A stretch of DNA of 64,000 bases, taken from assembly GCA_002269645.1 (NCBI GenBank), contig NIVC01000181.1:275693-339692 (forward strand), read 5' to 3'. A model generated the notes under the pieces. It was not told the origin of the DNA and searched no databases. It saw nothing but the letters and a program-made list of their open reading frames with translations. The DNA comes from Macrostomum lignano. Its lineage: Eukaryota. Position numbers and translations under genes: made by a program. Of this stretch, positions 1 to 17,940 are shown one piece after another (within the stretch, counting starts at the first letter, position 1; every line of letters starts with the position of its first letter).

Positions 1-1621
1 CGTCTGCATTCAACAGCTCCTCGATGGTGGCAGCATTGGCGGATGATTGCTCAGCTTGAGTCATGATGGGAAAGAGAGATTAGGGCTTTATTATTGAATT
101 TTAATAATTAGATTTTTTTTTTGGTCGGCAACTGGCCCAAGAACCTGCCAGTGCAAGATTGCGGCAAGCCTTGGCTGCGCAATGCTGCAGGAATTGCAAA
201 TTTGAATTGCTTTCTTAATATGCTAATAAGAGCCTGGGATAATGTGTCAGTGTTGGAACTCGCCATCTCATAAGCTCACAATCTCAAAACTATGCATCCT
301 GGTTTGTTTACATGCAAGGTCACATTTGTTTGTAGCTTGTGCACAAAATTAGCTTTTGAGGTTGTTGTGCAATTCACAGTCATGAAATCTGGCCCTTAAA
401 ACAGAGTGTACATGCCTAATGATAGGAAAGTCAGAGCTGCAGTACACTATGGTTGCGTGTGTTCAGGAGTCAGGAATGGATACAACTGTCCCACTATATA
501 TTGTGTGCTTTAAAAACAATTTTTTAAAACTGATTGCCTAAATCTGGCTGAACAAAAAAGTTAAATTTCAGATTCTGATTCTCCTAGACTAGAATGTAAA
601 TTCTTTAAATTGATTGGCTAGATGACAGCTTCAAAATAAAAAAAATTATGCTATATTTATTACACTAATTAAAATCATAAAATAGATACTAATCCCTAGG
701 GCCTGATCAATTCATTGCAGCATGGCAACACTACTGACCTATAGAACTAAGGAATCTGCTATCTAGAAGTGCCCTCTTTAGACTGTGCCTTCATATACCA
801 TATATATATGAATATTTATATCCTATGAAGCAGATTGTCAAAAAAATTATCTATAACAAAGACAGTGTATTTTATAAATATAATAAAAGCTGAAACTTAA
901 GCCTTTAGTAGCAATATTATATAATAGCTTCAATGGACTATACAACTATTGTGAAAACAATGAAGGCCTTTATCACTATGCTTTGCTTTGGTAATTGGCA
1001 TTAGGGACAGATTTAGGGAGGGAGGGAAAATGGCTATCTCCCTATTTCCCCAATAGCTTGATAAGGCATATTTGCACCCCCTAAAAGCCAAAGTTTGTGT
1101 CCTTTAAACTTGCTTTTTTGCCCTTTTACACATACATGTTTTGCACCCCTAAGCTTGATTTTTTGCCCTTTACATGTATGCCAATCATATATTTGTTACA
1201 TTATGACAACTTGCTATTATACAAATAACTATGCTACTTATTTGTTATTCTTTGTTAACCTATTACTTATTTAGTGATTTTAACAATAACATTAATTTAC
1301 TGACTGATTAATGACTTTATAGATTCAGCTGCCTTGAAATGTCCTTTGGGTATTTACTTCTATCCAATGCTTTAATCATAAGCCAATAATAGTATTTGTT
1401 TAATAGCCTATAGTCTACAATTCTAGGGCTAATCTTGCTCCTTCATAATCATAGTACCTATTAATAAAGCTATATCATGGACCAAATAAAATGCTACTGC
1501 TACTAGCCTTGCTACTATAGACAAGAGCTCATTACAGATTATAGCAAATGTATAATGTATATTAGATTTTTAAATTAAATATATATAATCCCAAATGGCT
1601 GCAAAAGCTATATTAAATATA

Positions 1622-2263
1622 TTGGGTGTTGCAAAAAAACTTGACACTTTGTCTTTAGACTTTTATTTTAAAAATATTGCATGACCTTTTTAGCATAAAT
1701 TCTTGTGTCATCTTAACATGCATAAACTTGAGAATCAGTGGCAAATAGTGCAAGTGCTAAAAATTTACACATTTGACCATAGCCCACAAAAAAATAGAAG
1801 CCAGAAGGCACAATGTCAGCTCTGCTCAATGCAGGCATATCAATGATAGACATTGCTTATTCAATTGGCATGAATTGGTTGGCTGAGAACATGTCATTCT
1901 GGGACAATCCTTCTAGCCACCATAGTCATTGGATTTAAACCCATTGGACTTTGCCATCTGGGTGCATATAGAGTCCAAGGCTTGCACTATTTGCCACCCC
2001 AATGTCAACTCCCTCAAAGCAAGTATAACAGAGAAGTGGACAAATTTGCCTGCTGACTTTATTGCCAAGGTCAGCTCAAGTTTCCAGCCACGACTAGAGA
2101 AAGTTGTGGCTGCCAATGGCAACTACATTGACTAAGCTAGCACTTTGCATATATTTTAATTTAATATAACAGAATAAAAAAATTATTTTTTTTACATATG
2201 CGCTGAACTATAGCAATTTTTAGTGAATAACCCTATTTTGTCAAGTTTTTTTACAACACCTAG
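1622..2263 (+). mobile_element. Internally deleted Tc1/mariner-superfamily DNA transposon (642 bp) with degenerate transposase C-terminus
   Basis: Imperfect ~25-bp TIRs: 1622-1646 TTGGGTGTTGCAAAAAAACTTGACA and 2239-2263 TGTCAAGTTTTTTTACAACACCTAG, flanked by TA at 1620-1621 and 2264-2265. Frameshifted remnant ~1880-2135 reads WLAENMSFWD...DLNPLDFAIW..IESKAC...SLKASITEKWTNL..DFIAKVSSSFQPRLEKVVAANGNYID, typical of the Tc1/mariner DDE C-terminus (SPDLNPLD motif). Confidence 0.85.
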
Positions 2264-2545
2264 TAAATATATTGACTTGTCAACAATCTTCTAGTTTACT
2301 ATATTAAATTATTTTCATGTTCTTATAAACTTTTTAATTTTCAACCTATCTAGTGATTCCTAGTACAAGAATATTGACTGATATATGGGAGGCCTACAAC
2401 AGCTTGCAGAATAATGTGGCTATCAATTATTGACTCTATTTTGTAGATCCCACAACCCAACTATCTATAAAAACACCATTGAGAGGTCATGGGAAGATAT
2501 CAAAGCAATGCACCATGGCACTAGCAACACCTTGTTTGATACTCA

Positions 2546-4753
2546 TGATGTAACCGCCCTTGTCGCCTGTCCGCTCCGTAGAGAGACGAACGCATGACTA
2601 GAGGGGGCAATGACCGTAGGCTGCCTATGACCGGGCAATGACCTGACGGACCTCCAGCACCAGACTGTCCCGCCCACATGATTAGTAGCTTTGGTAGCGC
2701 TTCGTGACCAGAGGGCCAAGGACCCACATGGACCCCACCTGTAGCCAAGGTGCAATAGTTGGTCACTCGGTCATAGTATGACCGAGTGGCTGCCACCACT
2801 CTATGTGACCTGGCGCACCTGGATCTTTCTACCAGACCTCTCGAGGCTAGAGCCCCGCCTGGATTGGTTACCAGGGGATTTAGGCTAACAGGGGAGACGC
2901 ATGCAGCCGAGTACAGGGACTCTGCTTGGGGCATGATTGGGAACTCTGGGCTCAATCCTGGAGGATTTCTCAGCAGGGGATCCTTTGTGGCTGTGAGCGA
3001 GGCTGACTTGCGACTTTGATTACTAAGAGTAGTATGAGGCGAACATGTACTGTCTACAGTTTAGATTGCTCAGGGCGAAGGGACGCGTTAGCATGGGGTT
3101 GCAACCTTCCTACTGCCATGCTGTGCCAAGTCTCGCTAATCCCTCTACTGCACGCACACGCGGCCCCGCAGCACGCACTCACAGGCGGGCTTTGCACAGG
3201 GAGAGGCCATTAGCTTACCCAAACTTCCTTATGCTTTGCCACCCCGGGAGAAAGGCTTAGCAAGCCATGAGTGAAATGATGGTGAAAGATTGAATAATGA
3301 TGAAGTTAGTTAATAGTTAATAATTAGGCCCTTAGGCGAATAATCAGGCAATTAGGCGGCTTCACTATTGAGTAAAATACAGCAAAAGATACGGTATCAC
3401 AATTGGCTCAGCTCTCTAATCAGACAATGGAAAATAGGCAAACCCCGGATAAGCAAAGGCAATTAGAGCACAAATTAGTAACAGGAACTTACCGGCAGCT
3501 GCACAGAGAGAGAGAGAGAGGGAGTGACCGGTGGCGGCTGTAGGCTGCAATCAGGCAGACGGTGAAGCGGCGATGCGCTGGAGCGACGAGGCGCTGATGT
3601 GGATCAGGCGATGCTGATGATGCTGGGCGGTGTCAGACCGCTGGCCGATAGGCGAGCTCACTTGGGGAGCTAAGGATAACTTGGCGGTAACAGACCGCGG
3701 ACCGGCAGGGACTCGTCTTATAGACGAATGGGTCAGAACTCAATCTGACGGCAAGTCCAAAGAAGGACGAGGAGAGGAAAAAGTTGAGGATTCTCATGCC
3801 GAAATCGCTTCCTTTTATAGACCTCACAGCCGCCTCCTCAAGGTCGTTACCATGGCTCCCTCTCTCTGATTGGCTGCCGGCAGAATGACGTCAGAATGAG
3901 TCATGATGAGAAGCATGAGACCGGCATAGCAACATGAGAAATAGGGAAATTGCGCAATCCGGAGGTGGGGTGGGGGATAATTGGCGCAGCGGGAGGTCGC
4001 GAAAGTGTTGCGCAAGCAAACATTGAGAACAATAGGGCTGGGGTTGAGAACAAAGGAATTGGAAATCGGGGATAATTGGGGAAAACTGAGAACAATGGAA
4101 AAGTAAACATTGGAGAAAAGGTGATAATTAGGTGCGAAAACGAGAACAAAAGAAAGAGAAAATCGGAGAAAATGTGATAATTGGTGGGGGTCGAGAGAAC
4201 AAAAGAATCAAAAACGAGAACAATAGAAGCGGAGGTGGGGTGGGTGTCGCATGAGAAATTTGGGGAAGAGAACAATAGCATGAGAAAAGGTTGCGCAAGA
4301 GAGGGGGATGAGTCATCGATGAGTCATCGGGGGGGAAGAAGGGGTCACACGACTTGCGTCACCGTTTGGGAGTTTGGGAGGGGATGGGGAGACGGTGAGC
4401 ACACAAAATACTGTAAGTAGACACAGAGAAGGAGGGGACAGCGCAGGAAAAAAAAGTGCAGAGAGAGATAAAAAGAGGGGGGAAAGGGAAAGTACAGGAA
4501 GAATAGGGCGGAAACAGAAGAGATAGGGTAGAGGGGGAGGTACAGAAAGGGGTAGGGGGCTCCGGAAAGGCAGGTGTGGCGGCAGGAGAGACGGGACCAA
4601 GGCAGCAGGAGGGGTGCAGCAGAGCGGGAGTCTCCAGGCCTGGTCGGAGACCTGGCCGAGTCTCGACAGCTCTGTGCAGAGGGTGCACGGGATAGGAGGC
4701 ACTTTCGAAAAAGTTCCCATGCCCTATCCCGCGACCAGAGCGTGGTTACATCA
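2546..4753 (-). mobile_element. Solo-LTR-like element (2208 bp), probably from a Gypsy/Ty3-type LTR retrotransposon
   Basis: Ends TGATGTAACC (2546-2555) and GGTTACATCA (4744-4753) are perfect 10-bp inverted termini (TG...CA). 4-bp TSD CTCA at 2542-2545 and 4754-4757. The element is GC/CpG-rich within an AT-rich, CpG-poor background. No gag/pol ORF. Confidence 0.7.
3812..4329 (-). promoter_or_regulatory. Pol II promoter/enhancer within the LTR-like element (U3-like)
   Basis: On the minus strand: TATAAAAG (3812-3819), CCAAT (3869-3873), CRE TGACGTCA (3886-3893), AP-1 TGAGTCA (3897-3903), perfect C/EBP palindrome ATTGCGCAAT (3949-3958) and tandem AP-1 GATGAGTCATCGATGAGTCATC (4308-4329). The order fits a leftward promoter. 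Confidence 0.6.
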
Positions 4754-6689
4754 CTCACCTCAATGAGTACTTGTGGTGCCACCTTTTTTCTTTGCCAAAG
4801 GTGTTAGAGAACTTTTTGTATTGGGTTAAGCACTATTATTGACTCTAATGATTAATGACTTTGTATTTTACTAAAAACAAGGCCTATTTTTCATGTGAAA
4901 ATAATTTAACACAGTAAGTTAGAAGATTGCTGACTTGTCTTAGACTCTTTAGGCCTATTGATTTTAATCTATACAATTTTAGGCCTAGATTCTTAGCTAG
5001 GCTAGGCCTATTTTAGTCTGATACTCAATAATATCTTGTATTTATTAACTAGGCCTATTTTCTATTAAGGATAAGAAAAATCTTAAAGAGATAAAAATGT
5101 TAGATTTTTAACTTAAGTTGTCTTACATTTATTATAGTGTAAGCTAAGTAAAATAGTTGAATTAAAATTGACAATTTTAACTATAAGCCTAAGAAAGAGC
5201 CTAAGCCCTAAAACCATAATATCTATAAATATTTATTATATTTACCTATTTGCATCGACATTACATTTTTCATTGAGTACGGCTATACAAAGCATAAAAA
5301 TAATTGAAAAAAGACCAAAAAAGGCAAGCATCATTCAATTTTGGCTTGGGTACTAATACTATTTTAGGCTATTTAATTGCCAGCCAGTGGCTAGCTACAG
5401 TTAAAAACAGATAGGTGTCCAAAAGACCCATAGAATGTCATAGTAACTAGGCCAAAATACGCACCAGAGGTGCACAAGCATTAGTCAACCAAGTGCGAGA
5501 TCACTCAATACAATTAATTAGAGCCGGACTTGAAACAAGGCTTTAAACTAGTACTAAACTGACTAAAATGCAACAACAATTACAAGCCAAAATTTGAATT
5601 AGTTATAAACTTTTTTGGTTCTTAAAGGCACATTTCTATAAAATATCAAGCTCTTACGAATATAAATATAACAAATGGTAAATTTTGTTTGAAACAATTC
5701 GAAACAAAAAATTTCCTAGATGCGGTTAATTGATTGGTATAGCGTCGCTTTCGGATCATTTGTTAGTAGATTACGCATTATCCTCCTGGAAATGGTTATG
5801 AATATAAAAAGTTTAAAAATCAACAAAAATCACAAAAATATGATGCTTCATTTTTCGACACTTTATTACGCGATTATTCCCTATTGGACTGTTAGATGTT
5901 GACGAATTCGGTGGCATCCATTCCACCTCACTCTGAATTACAGTATCCTCATTTGCAACTACATGTACATGTATGAAGTGTTCTTACAAATATTCGGTAA
6001 CTGCATGTGTATCGCATCTCTTCAATCCTTAATCCAGAGTTCTAAAGAGTGACTCAGTAATCTAGGATGACTGAGCAACATTTTTAGGCTCGGCCTAGCC
6101 TAGCCTTGCCTTTCCCTCGGCTCCAGTTCAGTCTTGGGTAGGGTCCAGTGTGAAAGTCAACAGTTTGTATATAAGCTAACAAAATTAATTTTGATCCCCA
6201 CAATTTTGACTTTCTTTAATTGTAAATACTGAGAAAACAAAGCTAAACCAATTTATTCTATAATTTTTTTTTAATTTTTGGTATACATAATAAAAGAATA
6301 GAAGGCATCTGAATTTCAAATAACTACTATGACCTATCTTTATCAATATTGGCTCTATATTCATTGGCATTGTTAATTTTAATTAACTTAATTAATTCTG
6401 AATGTTAGTAAACATCTATTAAAATTCATTGAAAGTTAAGTGATATTGCATTGGTCAATATCAATGTCAATGATCATGTTCTCATTAATATGTCATTAAT
6501 AACAATTAGGCCTAATGAAAAAATGAAAAAATATTTTATAAAATCAGATGTAGGCTAGTCCTTCTCCTTTATATAATAGTCAGTGTCAATATTGCAATAA
6601 TTTAAGTATTAAAAAATAGTATCTAATATCTATTCTTTTTTGTGGCTAGTAGGCCATTATTAAGATTAAACTTTGTTCTAATATCATTA

Positions 6690-7137
6690 CCATAGCTGGG
6701 AAGGTGGCAGTTTTTGGTGAATTTTCCGGCGCAAATTGGCCCTTTTTTGGCACACACGGCGTACAAGGAAAAATTGGAAATGCTTTGGCGGCGCACATGG
6801 CGCATGGCGCTGAAAAATATATATAATTACACAACTTACACTTCGTTATACTTTGCAAAATATATGTGTGTCAGGCCTAATTCCATAATTTGTAAAATAA
6901 AATTATGTAAATTATGTAAGTTATGTAAATCATGATATAAAATACATAAATGAAATTCAAATTTGTCTACCGTAAATTCCTTATGGTAGAATAAATACCT
7001 TACCTTACCTTACCCATACTTACCTTATCATGGCGCGCTGTGGCGCACAAAATCTTTTCTTCATGGCGCACGGCGCACAGTGCTCAAAAGCCATCAAAAT
7101 AGTTCCGGCGCACACTGTGCCACCTTCCCGACTATGG
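6690..7137. mobile_element. Non-autonomous MITE (448 bp) with ~20-bp TIRs and an 8-bp TSD (hAT/P-like)
   Basis: CCATAGCTGGGAAGGTGGCA (6690-6709) versus TGCCACCTTCCCGACTATGG (7118-7137), inverted with 2 mismatches. Flanks TATCATTA (6682-6689) and TATTATTA (7138-7145) match at 7/8. Confidence 0.7.
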
Positions 7138-7689
7138 TATTATTATAGGTTTTTTCTACACTTAAAAATAATAGGGAGCCTACTAAGATTTTTTGGCATG
7201 TATTATATAATATAGATTTTTTCTATTTGGACCCTGGGTTTTATTAGGCCATATGGTACGGTAGCCACCAGCTACCCAAAAAAACCATTGGCAACTGGAT
7301 TTGTGGCATCAGAGGCCAATCTGGCAACCAACTTGAACCAAGGCAGTTGCCAATGATAAAACAGTCTGTTACATTTTATTACTGCTAAGTTTGGCTTGGC
7401 TGAAAACCTGAAGCCGGAGCTGATTTGAGCATATTATTTTTTCGTCAATGCATGAAAATTGTTGCAAAAACAATTTTATAAAGTTGTTTTGTCGTATTGT
7501 GATTCGCATATGATTTTTGCTATGCACAGGCACTGGGACAGTTGGCAACTGAGGATGGCAATTGGCAACTAGATTTTGAGCTCCAGTTGCCATTGCCATT
7601 TAGCAACTGGATTTTGGACAAAAAAACCCAGTTTGGACCCCTAAGGCCTAATGCTGATCCTAAAAATTTTGATTCTATTCTTAAAATCC

Positions 7690-7915
7690 TATGATCTTGA
7701 TCTCCCAAAATCCTGTTATCCCAATCCCAAAATCCTAGTATCCCAATCATAAAATCCTAGTGTCCCAATCCTAAATTCCTAGGGTCCCAATCTCAAAATC
7801 ATGTGATCCCAATCCCAAATCCAGTGATCCCAATCCAAAAATCCTGTGATCCCGATCCCAAAATCCTGGGGTCCCGATCCCAAAATCCTGGAGTCCCGAT
7901 CCTTCTCAATCCCGA
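7690..7915 (+). repeat. Degenerate tandem repeat (ATCCCAATCCCAAAATCC-like) upstream of RNPS1
   Basis: Visible reiteration of atccca/aaaatcc motifs. Confidence 0.55.
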
Positions 7916-8040
7916 AAAGTTTTATCTGGTCTCGTCATCTATTCACGCTTGTTAGAAGTCCAGTAAATAGCACGAGTCTAATGCTCATCAAAATCCATTC
8001 CAAAACAATTTCAGTGTTTTGCCAGAACGACCCAGAAGCA

Positions 8041-9308
8041 ATGCCAGACACCAGCGCCGCCATAGACCAAAAGAAGAAGACAAAGAAGCCGCAGCCGCCG
8101 CCAGCTGAGCAGTCAAAGAAGAAGAAGCGAGCGGCCAGCGGCGATTCGTCGGCCTCGGACGACAGCGACAGCGGCTCGTCATCGTCAGGCTCCAGCTCGG
8201 ACTCCTCCGCCTCGTCTTCTTCCACCTCATCCTCTTCTTCGTCTTCGTCTTCTTCTTCTAGATCTTCTTCGGCTTCGTCGTCTTCTTCTGCCGGCGGCTC
8301 GTCGGCCTCGCCGTCTAGCGAGAAGCGTCGGAAGCGACACGGCGGCACTTCGGCGCCTGCCGCTGCCGGCAAGAAAGAGCAGCAGCAGCAGCCGTCGAGG
8401 AAGCGCCGACAGTCCGGGGGCGAAACAGCCGGCGACAATGGCAAAACCGGCGACCCAGCGCCGCCGCCGCCCGCCCGCGTCCGGGTGTCGCAGCTCAGCC
8501 GGAACGTGTCGCGCGCTCATGTCGAAGAAATTTTCGGCACATTTGGCAGCGTGAAGTCTGTTGATCTGCCGACTGAGAATCTGCACCCGGAATGCTGCAA
8601 AGGCTTCGCACTGATTGAATTCGCCACCGCCGCTGAAGCTGCCGAGGCTGTCAAACGGATGGACGGCGGTCAAATTGACGGGCAAGAGGTACTTTTATTG
8701 ATGACTCACGGCTGAAAGGTCGGGTGTTCGATTCTCGACTCGCTTGAAACAATTTGCGTCCTTGATCAAGACACATTAGCTGTGAAATGGGTACCAGCAT
8801 TAGCTGGTGTAATTGGTGGCGACCCCTTGGGCTGAACAGCCGTACGTAGCTTCAGATGCTCCGCGCAATAGCTGCGGCTGGGCTGTTGGTTGCACATCTG
8901 GGCATTAGGGCAGCTACATACAAGCAACTCATTTTTAGAATATGAATAGGATTAGTACCGTTTACACTAGGTAATCAGTGGGAGTAACTAACCTTTAATA
9001 AAAGATCAGAATGCCTCGTCATCTAATTAGCTAGTGATTTGGAGAATTTAGCAGGTAGACGGCGAGAGTAGCTATACTGTTTAAATATATATGCAACACC
9101 TCGCCATCTAATTAGTTTTATTAATTTACTTTTTTAGGTTCGCGCCCACTTGCGCTCAGTAAACCCTGCGGCCGTGGCCCGATCTCGATCCCCATCGGAC
9201 CGGCGCAGACGGGATCGCGATCGCTCCCCCGTGCCGCGGTCCCGCCGGCCAGCGCATCGGTCGCCTTCCCCGGCGCCAATTAGACGGCGACGCCGGTCGA
9301 GCTCTTGA
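8041..9308 (+). CDS. RNPS1: RNA-binding protein with serine-rich domain 1 (EJC/ASAP subunit), ~272 aa; CDS join(8041..8688,9138..9308)
   Basis: Basic N-terminus and Ser-rich tract, then the RRM RVSQLSRNVSRAHVEEIFGTFGSVKSVDLP...KGFALIEF....AEAVKRMDGGQIDGQE matching RNPS1. Donor GAG|GTACTT at 8688/8689 and acceptor TTTTTAG|GTT at 9137/9138 (phase 0). Exon 2 encodes an RS/P-rich tail (RSRSPSDRRRRDRDRSP...RRRRRSSS*). The ATG at 8041 is the likely start; the ORF-track start at 7846 is not an ATG. Confidence 0.92.
8700..8925 (+). mobile_element. Probable 5'-truncated tRNA-derived SINE in RNPS1 intron 1
   Basis: tRNA-like B-box GTTCGATTC (8726-8734), followed by GTCCTTGATCAAGACAC and GCTGTGAAATGGGTACC (8779-8795). 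These resemble the central domain motifs of invertebrate Nin/Deu-type SINEs. Confidence 0.5.
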
Positions 9309-9934
9309 ACTATAATAATAATTGACCGGTGATTGACTACTTGTCAGCCATCTATATTTGTAGTGCATTGCTATTTACTTGGGATAGTTGTTAATAATTG
9401 GTAGCCATCAATCTGCTTGAATACGCGATTAAGGATTTGTTGTGCATTGTGCAAAGAATTACGGGTACATGATGTACTTTGCAGTCAGAATGCTTTGTTG
9501 CATGGCATCTGTTGTAATCGAACCTGCTGTTTATTTCCCATATCTATCTATAACTACTATGAGTAGGCAGCTTCTGCTATTGCTTTAGCGATCAGTTTAA
9601 TAATTGAATTTTCTCTATTGTAATTAACTAGGCAAATAAAATAGTGTATCTACTCGTATTTGAACTTTAATAACTTGATTAATGATGCTAGTTCCGGTGT
9701 CACAGTACAATGCCAGCTTCATTCACCGAGCCGAGCATTTGTTAAACTCATATTTATTAGTAGTATAATTAATTATATACTCGTAACTACTCTGTTCATT
9801 CATTGGCAGGCAAACCAATGGCGAATTTCTATGAAATCCAGTTTTTGTGCCTTTGTGTTCTTAAAATTTAAAAAACTTTCAACAGTCTACTTTAGGTATC
9901 GGCAAACCTTTTTTGCCTGGGAGATGAAAGAGAT

Positions 9935-10160
9935 GAAAGAAGAGGTGAGAGAAAAAAAGAGAAATGAGAGGAGAGGAGAAGAGATATGAGATGAGAGGAA
10001 AGAAGGAGAGAGGAAAGGAGGAGAGAGGAGAGGAGGGGAGAGAAAAGGATGAGAGAAGATAGGAAAGGAGGAGAGAGGAGAGGAAAGGATGAGAGGAGAG
10101 GAAAGGAGTAGAGATGAGAGGACAGAGGAAAGGAGGGAAAAGAGAGAAGAGATGAGAAGA
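9935..10160 (+). repeat. GA-rich low-complexity tract
   Basis: gagag/gaggaaag reiterations. Confidence 0.7.
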
Positions 10161-10837
10161 CGAAGACCTTGAGCAGGCCGGATTGCTATTAGTTTCATAG
10201 GACCTGAGGGCCGGATAGAGAGGCTTCGCGGGCCGCAGTTTGCAAACAACCCCTGGCCTAGTTAGTAGTATGAAAAAATAATACCAATATTTTTTATTTT
10301 TTTATTAGATCCAGCGATCTGTTTTTTTATTTCTAATTTCCACGCAAAACAAATCAATCTACAAAGCGAATCGCAAACAATAGTAAACGAGACAAAAAAT
10401 AATGATAGACTAAATATGATTTTGAGTTGGAACAGATTAGCACAAAGCACAATTGTGAAAAGCGATGACTGATGCGATACGTACAAATAAGCTGTCACGC
10501 GTACACAGGGATATTCGAGTGTCGAGACAAAACAGATAATGCGAGTTTGATTCGAAAGGAAAAACAAAATACATGTAGATTAAGGAAAAAATCCTATAGA
10601 GCCATAATTCTGTTTCGAGTGCAGTTTGAATCGGAAAATGAGAAACAACAAAGAAGAAAATCTTGAAAAAATGCCTATTTTTGTATACCGGTAGAAAGAA
10701 TTCAAATGCAACATCAAATTAGCAGCTAGGAATTTTGCTTGTTAAACAAATATAAGCAATCGCGCTGAGGTTTAGTGCTGACAGTTTCGCAGAAAAATCG
10801 ATAATTATATGGCTTTTGATCAAACTGAGTTTGTTCC

Positions 10838-16937
<6,100 letters not shown>

Positions 16938-17051
16938 TAAATTCAGCGATGAGCTCTGACTGACAGCTTAATACACTTTTGAATCTTTTCACAAAGCTAA
17001 ATTTTCCGCTTGTTACAGTTGTGCGAGTGCTCGATCTGGTGCAAAGTGACT

Positions 17052-17171
17052 CCGGTTTTATGGTCCAAAAGAGTTGGGGGGGGGGGGGTGTTCGAAAAAC
17101 GCAGTCTGAGGGCAGGCCGCCCTCACCCCACAGACTGTGGCCAATAGAATCACTCCGACGATTCTCATTGG
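17052..17171 (-). promoter_or_regulatory. Putative proximal promoter of ovo-A (CCAAT, inverted CCAAT, CATAAAACCGG)
   Basis: Motifs at 17167-17171, 17141-17145 and 17052-17062 recur in the same order in ovo-B despite divergent surrounding sequence. Confidence 0.55.
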
Positions 17172-17569
17172 CTGGTGGGCAGGCAGTCTCAGTCAGCTTG
17201 GGCAGGAGTGGAAAATCCGCTGTTGCGTCATTCGAAGAATTTCTAAAGGGTACCGTAAGCCACACAGGCTAACAGTGAGCATAGCGAGACCTCCCGCTGG
17301 GAATTAAAAGTTTGTTGCGATTTTTTATGCTTTTGACATTTTACCAGAAAAAAACAGCTGTGAGCAACTGGATTTTGTGAATAAAGTAACTTTAAAGTTC
17401 AGTCCTCTGTAATGTTGAACCAATTTGATGGCGGATTGCACAACTTTTTTCTTGGTTTGAAGACAGCGCTAACAGACCTAATTGGCACTGACTCACTGAT
17501 ATGAGCTTTGTATCTTCTCCCATACTCTCTCTCCTCTATTCTCTCTGCTCCTCTTAAGTCTCATCTCAT

Positions 17570-17940
17570 CTCTTCTCCTCTCCTCTCCTCTCCTCTCCTC
17601 TCCTCTCCTCTCCTCTCCTCTCCTCTCCTCTCCTCTCCTCTCCTCTCATCTCCTCTCCTCTCCTCTCCTCTCCTCTCCTCTCCTCTCCTCTCCTCTCCTC
17701 TCCTCTCCTCTCTTCTCCTCTTCTCTCCTCTCCTCTACTCTCCTCTCTTCTCCTCTTCTCTCCTGTCCTCTCCTCTCCTCTCCTCTCCTCTCCTCTCTTC
17801 TCCTCTTCTCTCCTCTCCTCTCCTCTCCTCTCCTCTTTTCTCCTCTCTTTTTCCTTTCTGATATTTATTCCCTTCGCTCCTCTCATCTCCTCTCATCTCC
17901 TCTCATCTTCTCTCATCTCATCTCCTCTCCTCTCCTCTCA
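17570..17940 (+). repeat. (CTCTC/TCCTC)n pentanucleotide microsatellite
   Basis: Direct observation. Confidence 0.9.

Noticed and set aside
7846-8040. N-terminal extension of the RNPS1 ORF
   Set aside because: Starts at a non-ATG codon in a degenerate repeat; ATG 8041 gives an RNPS1-like N-terminus.
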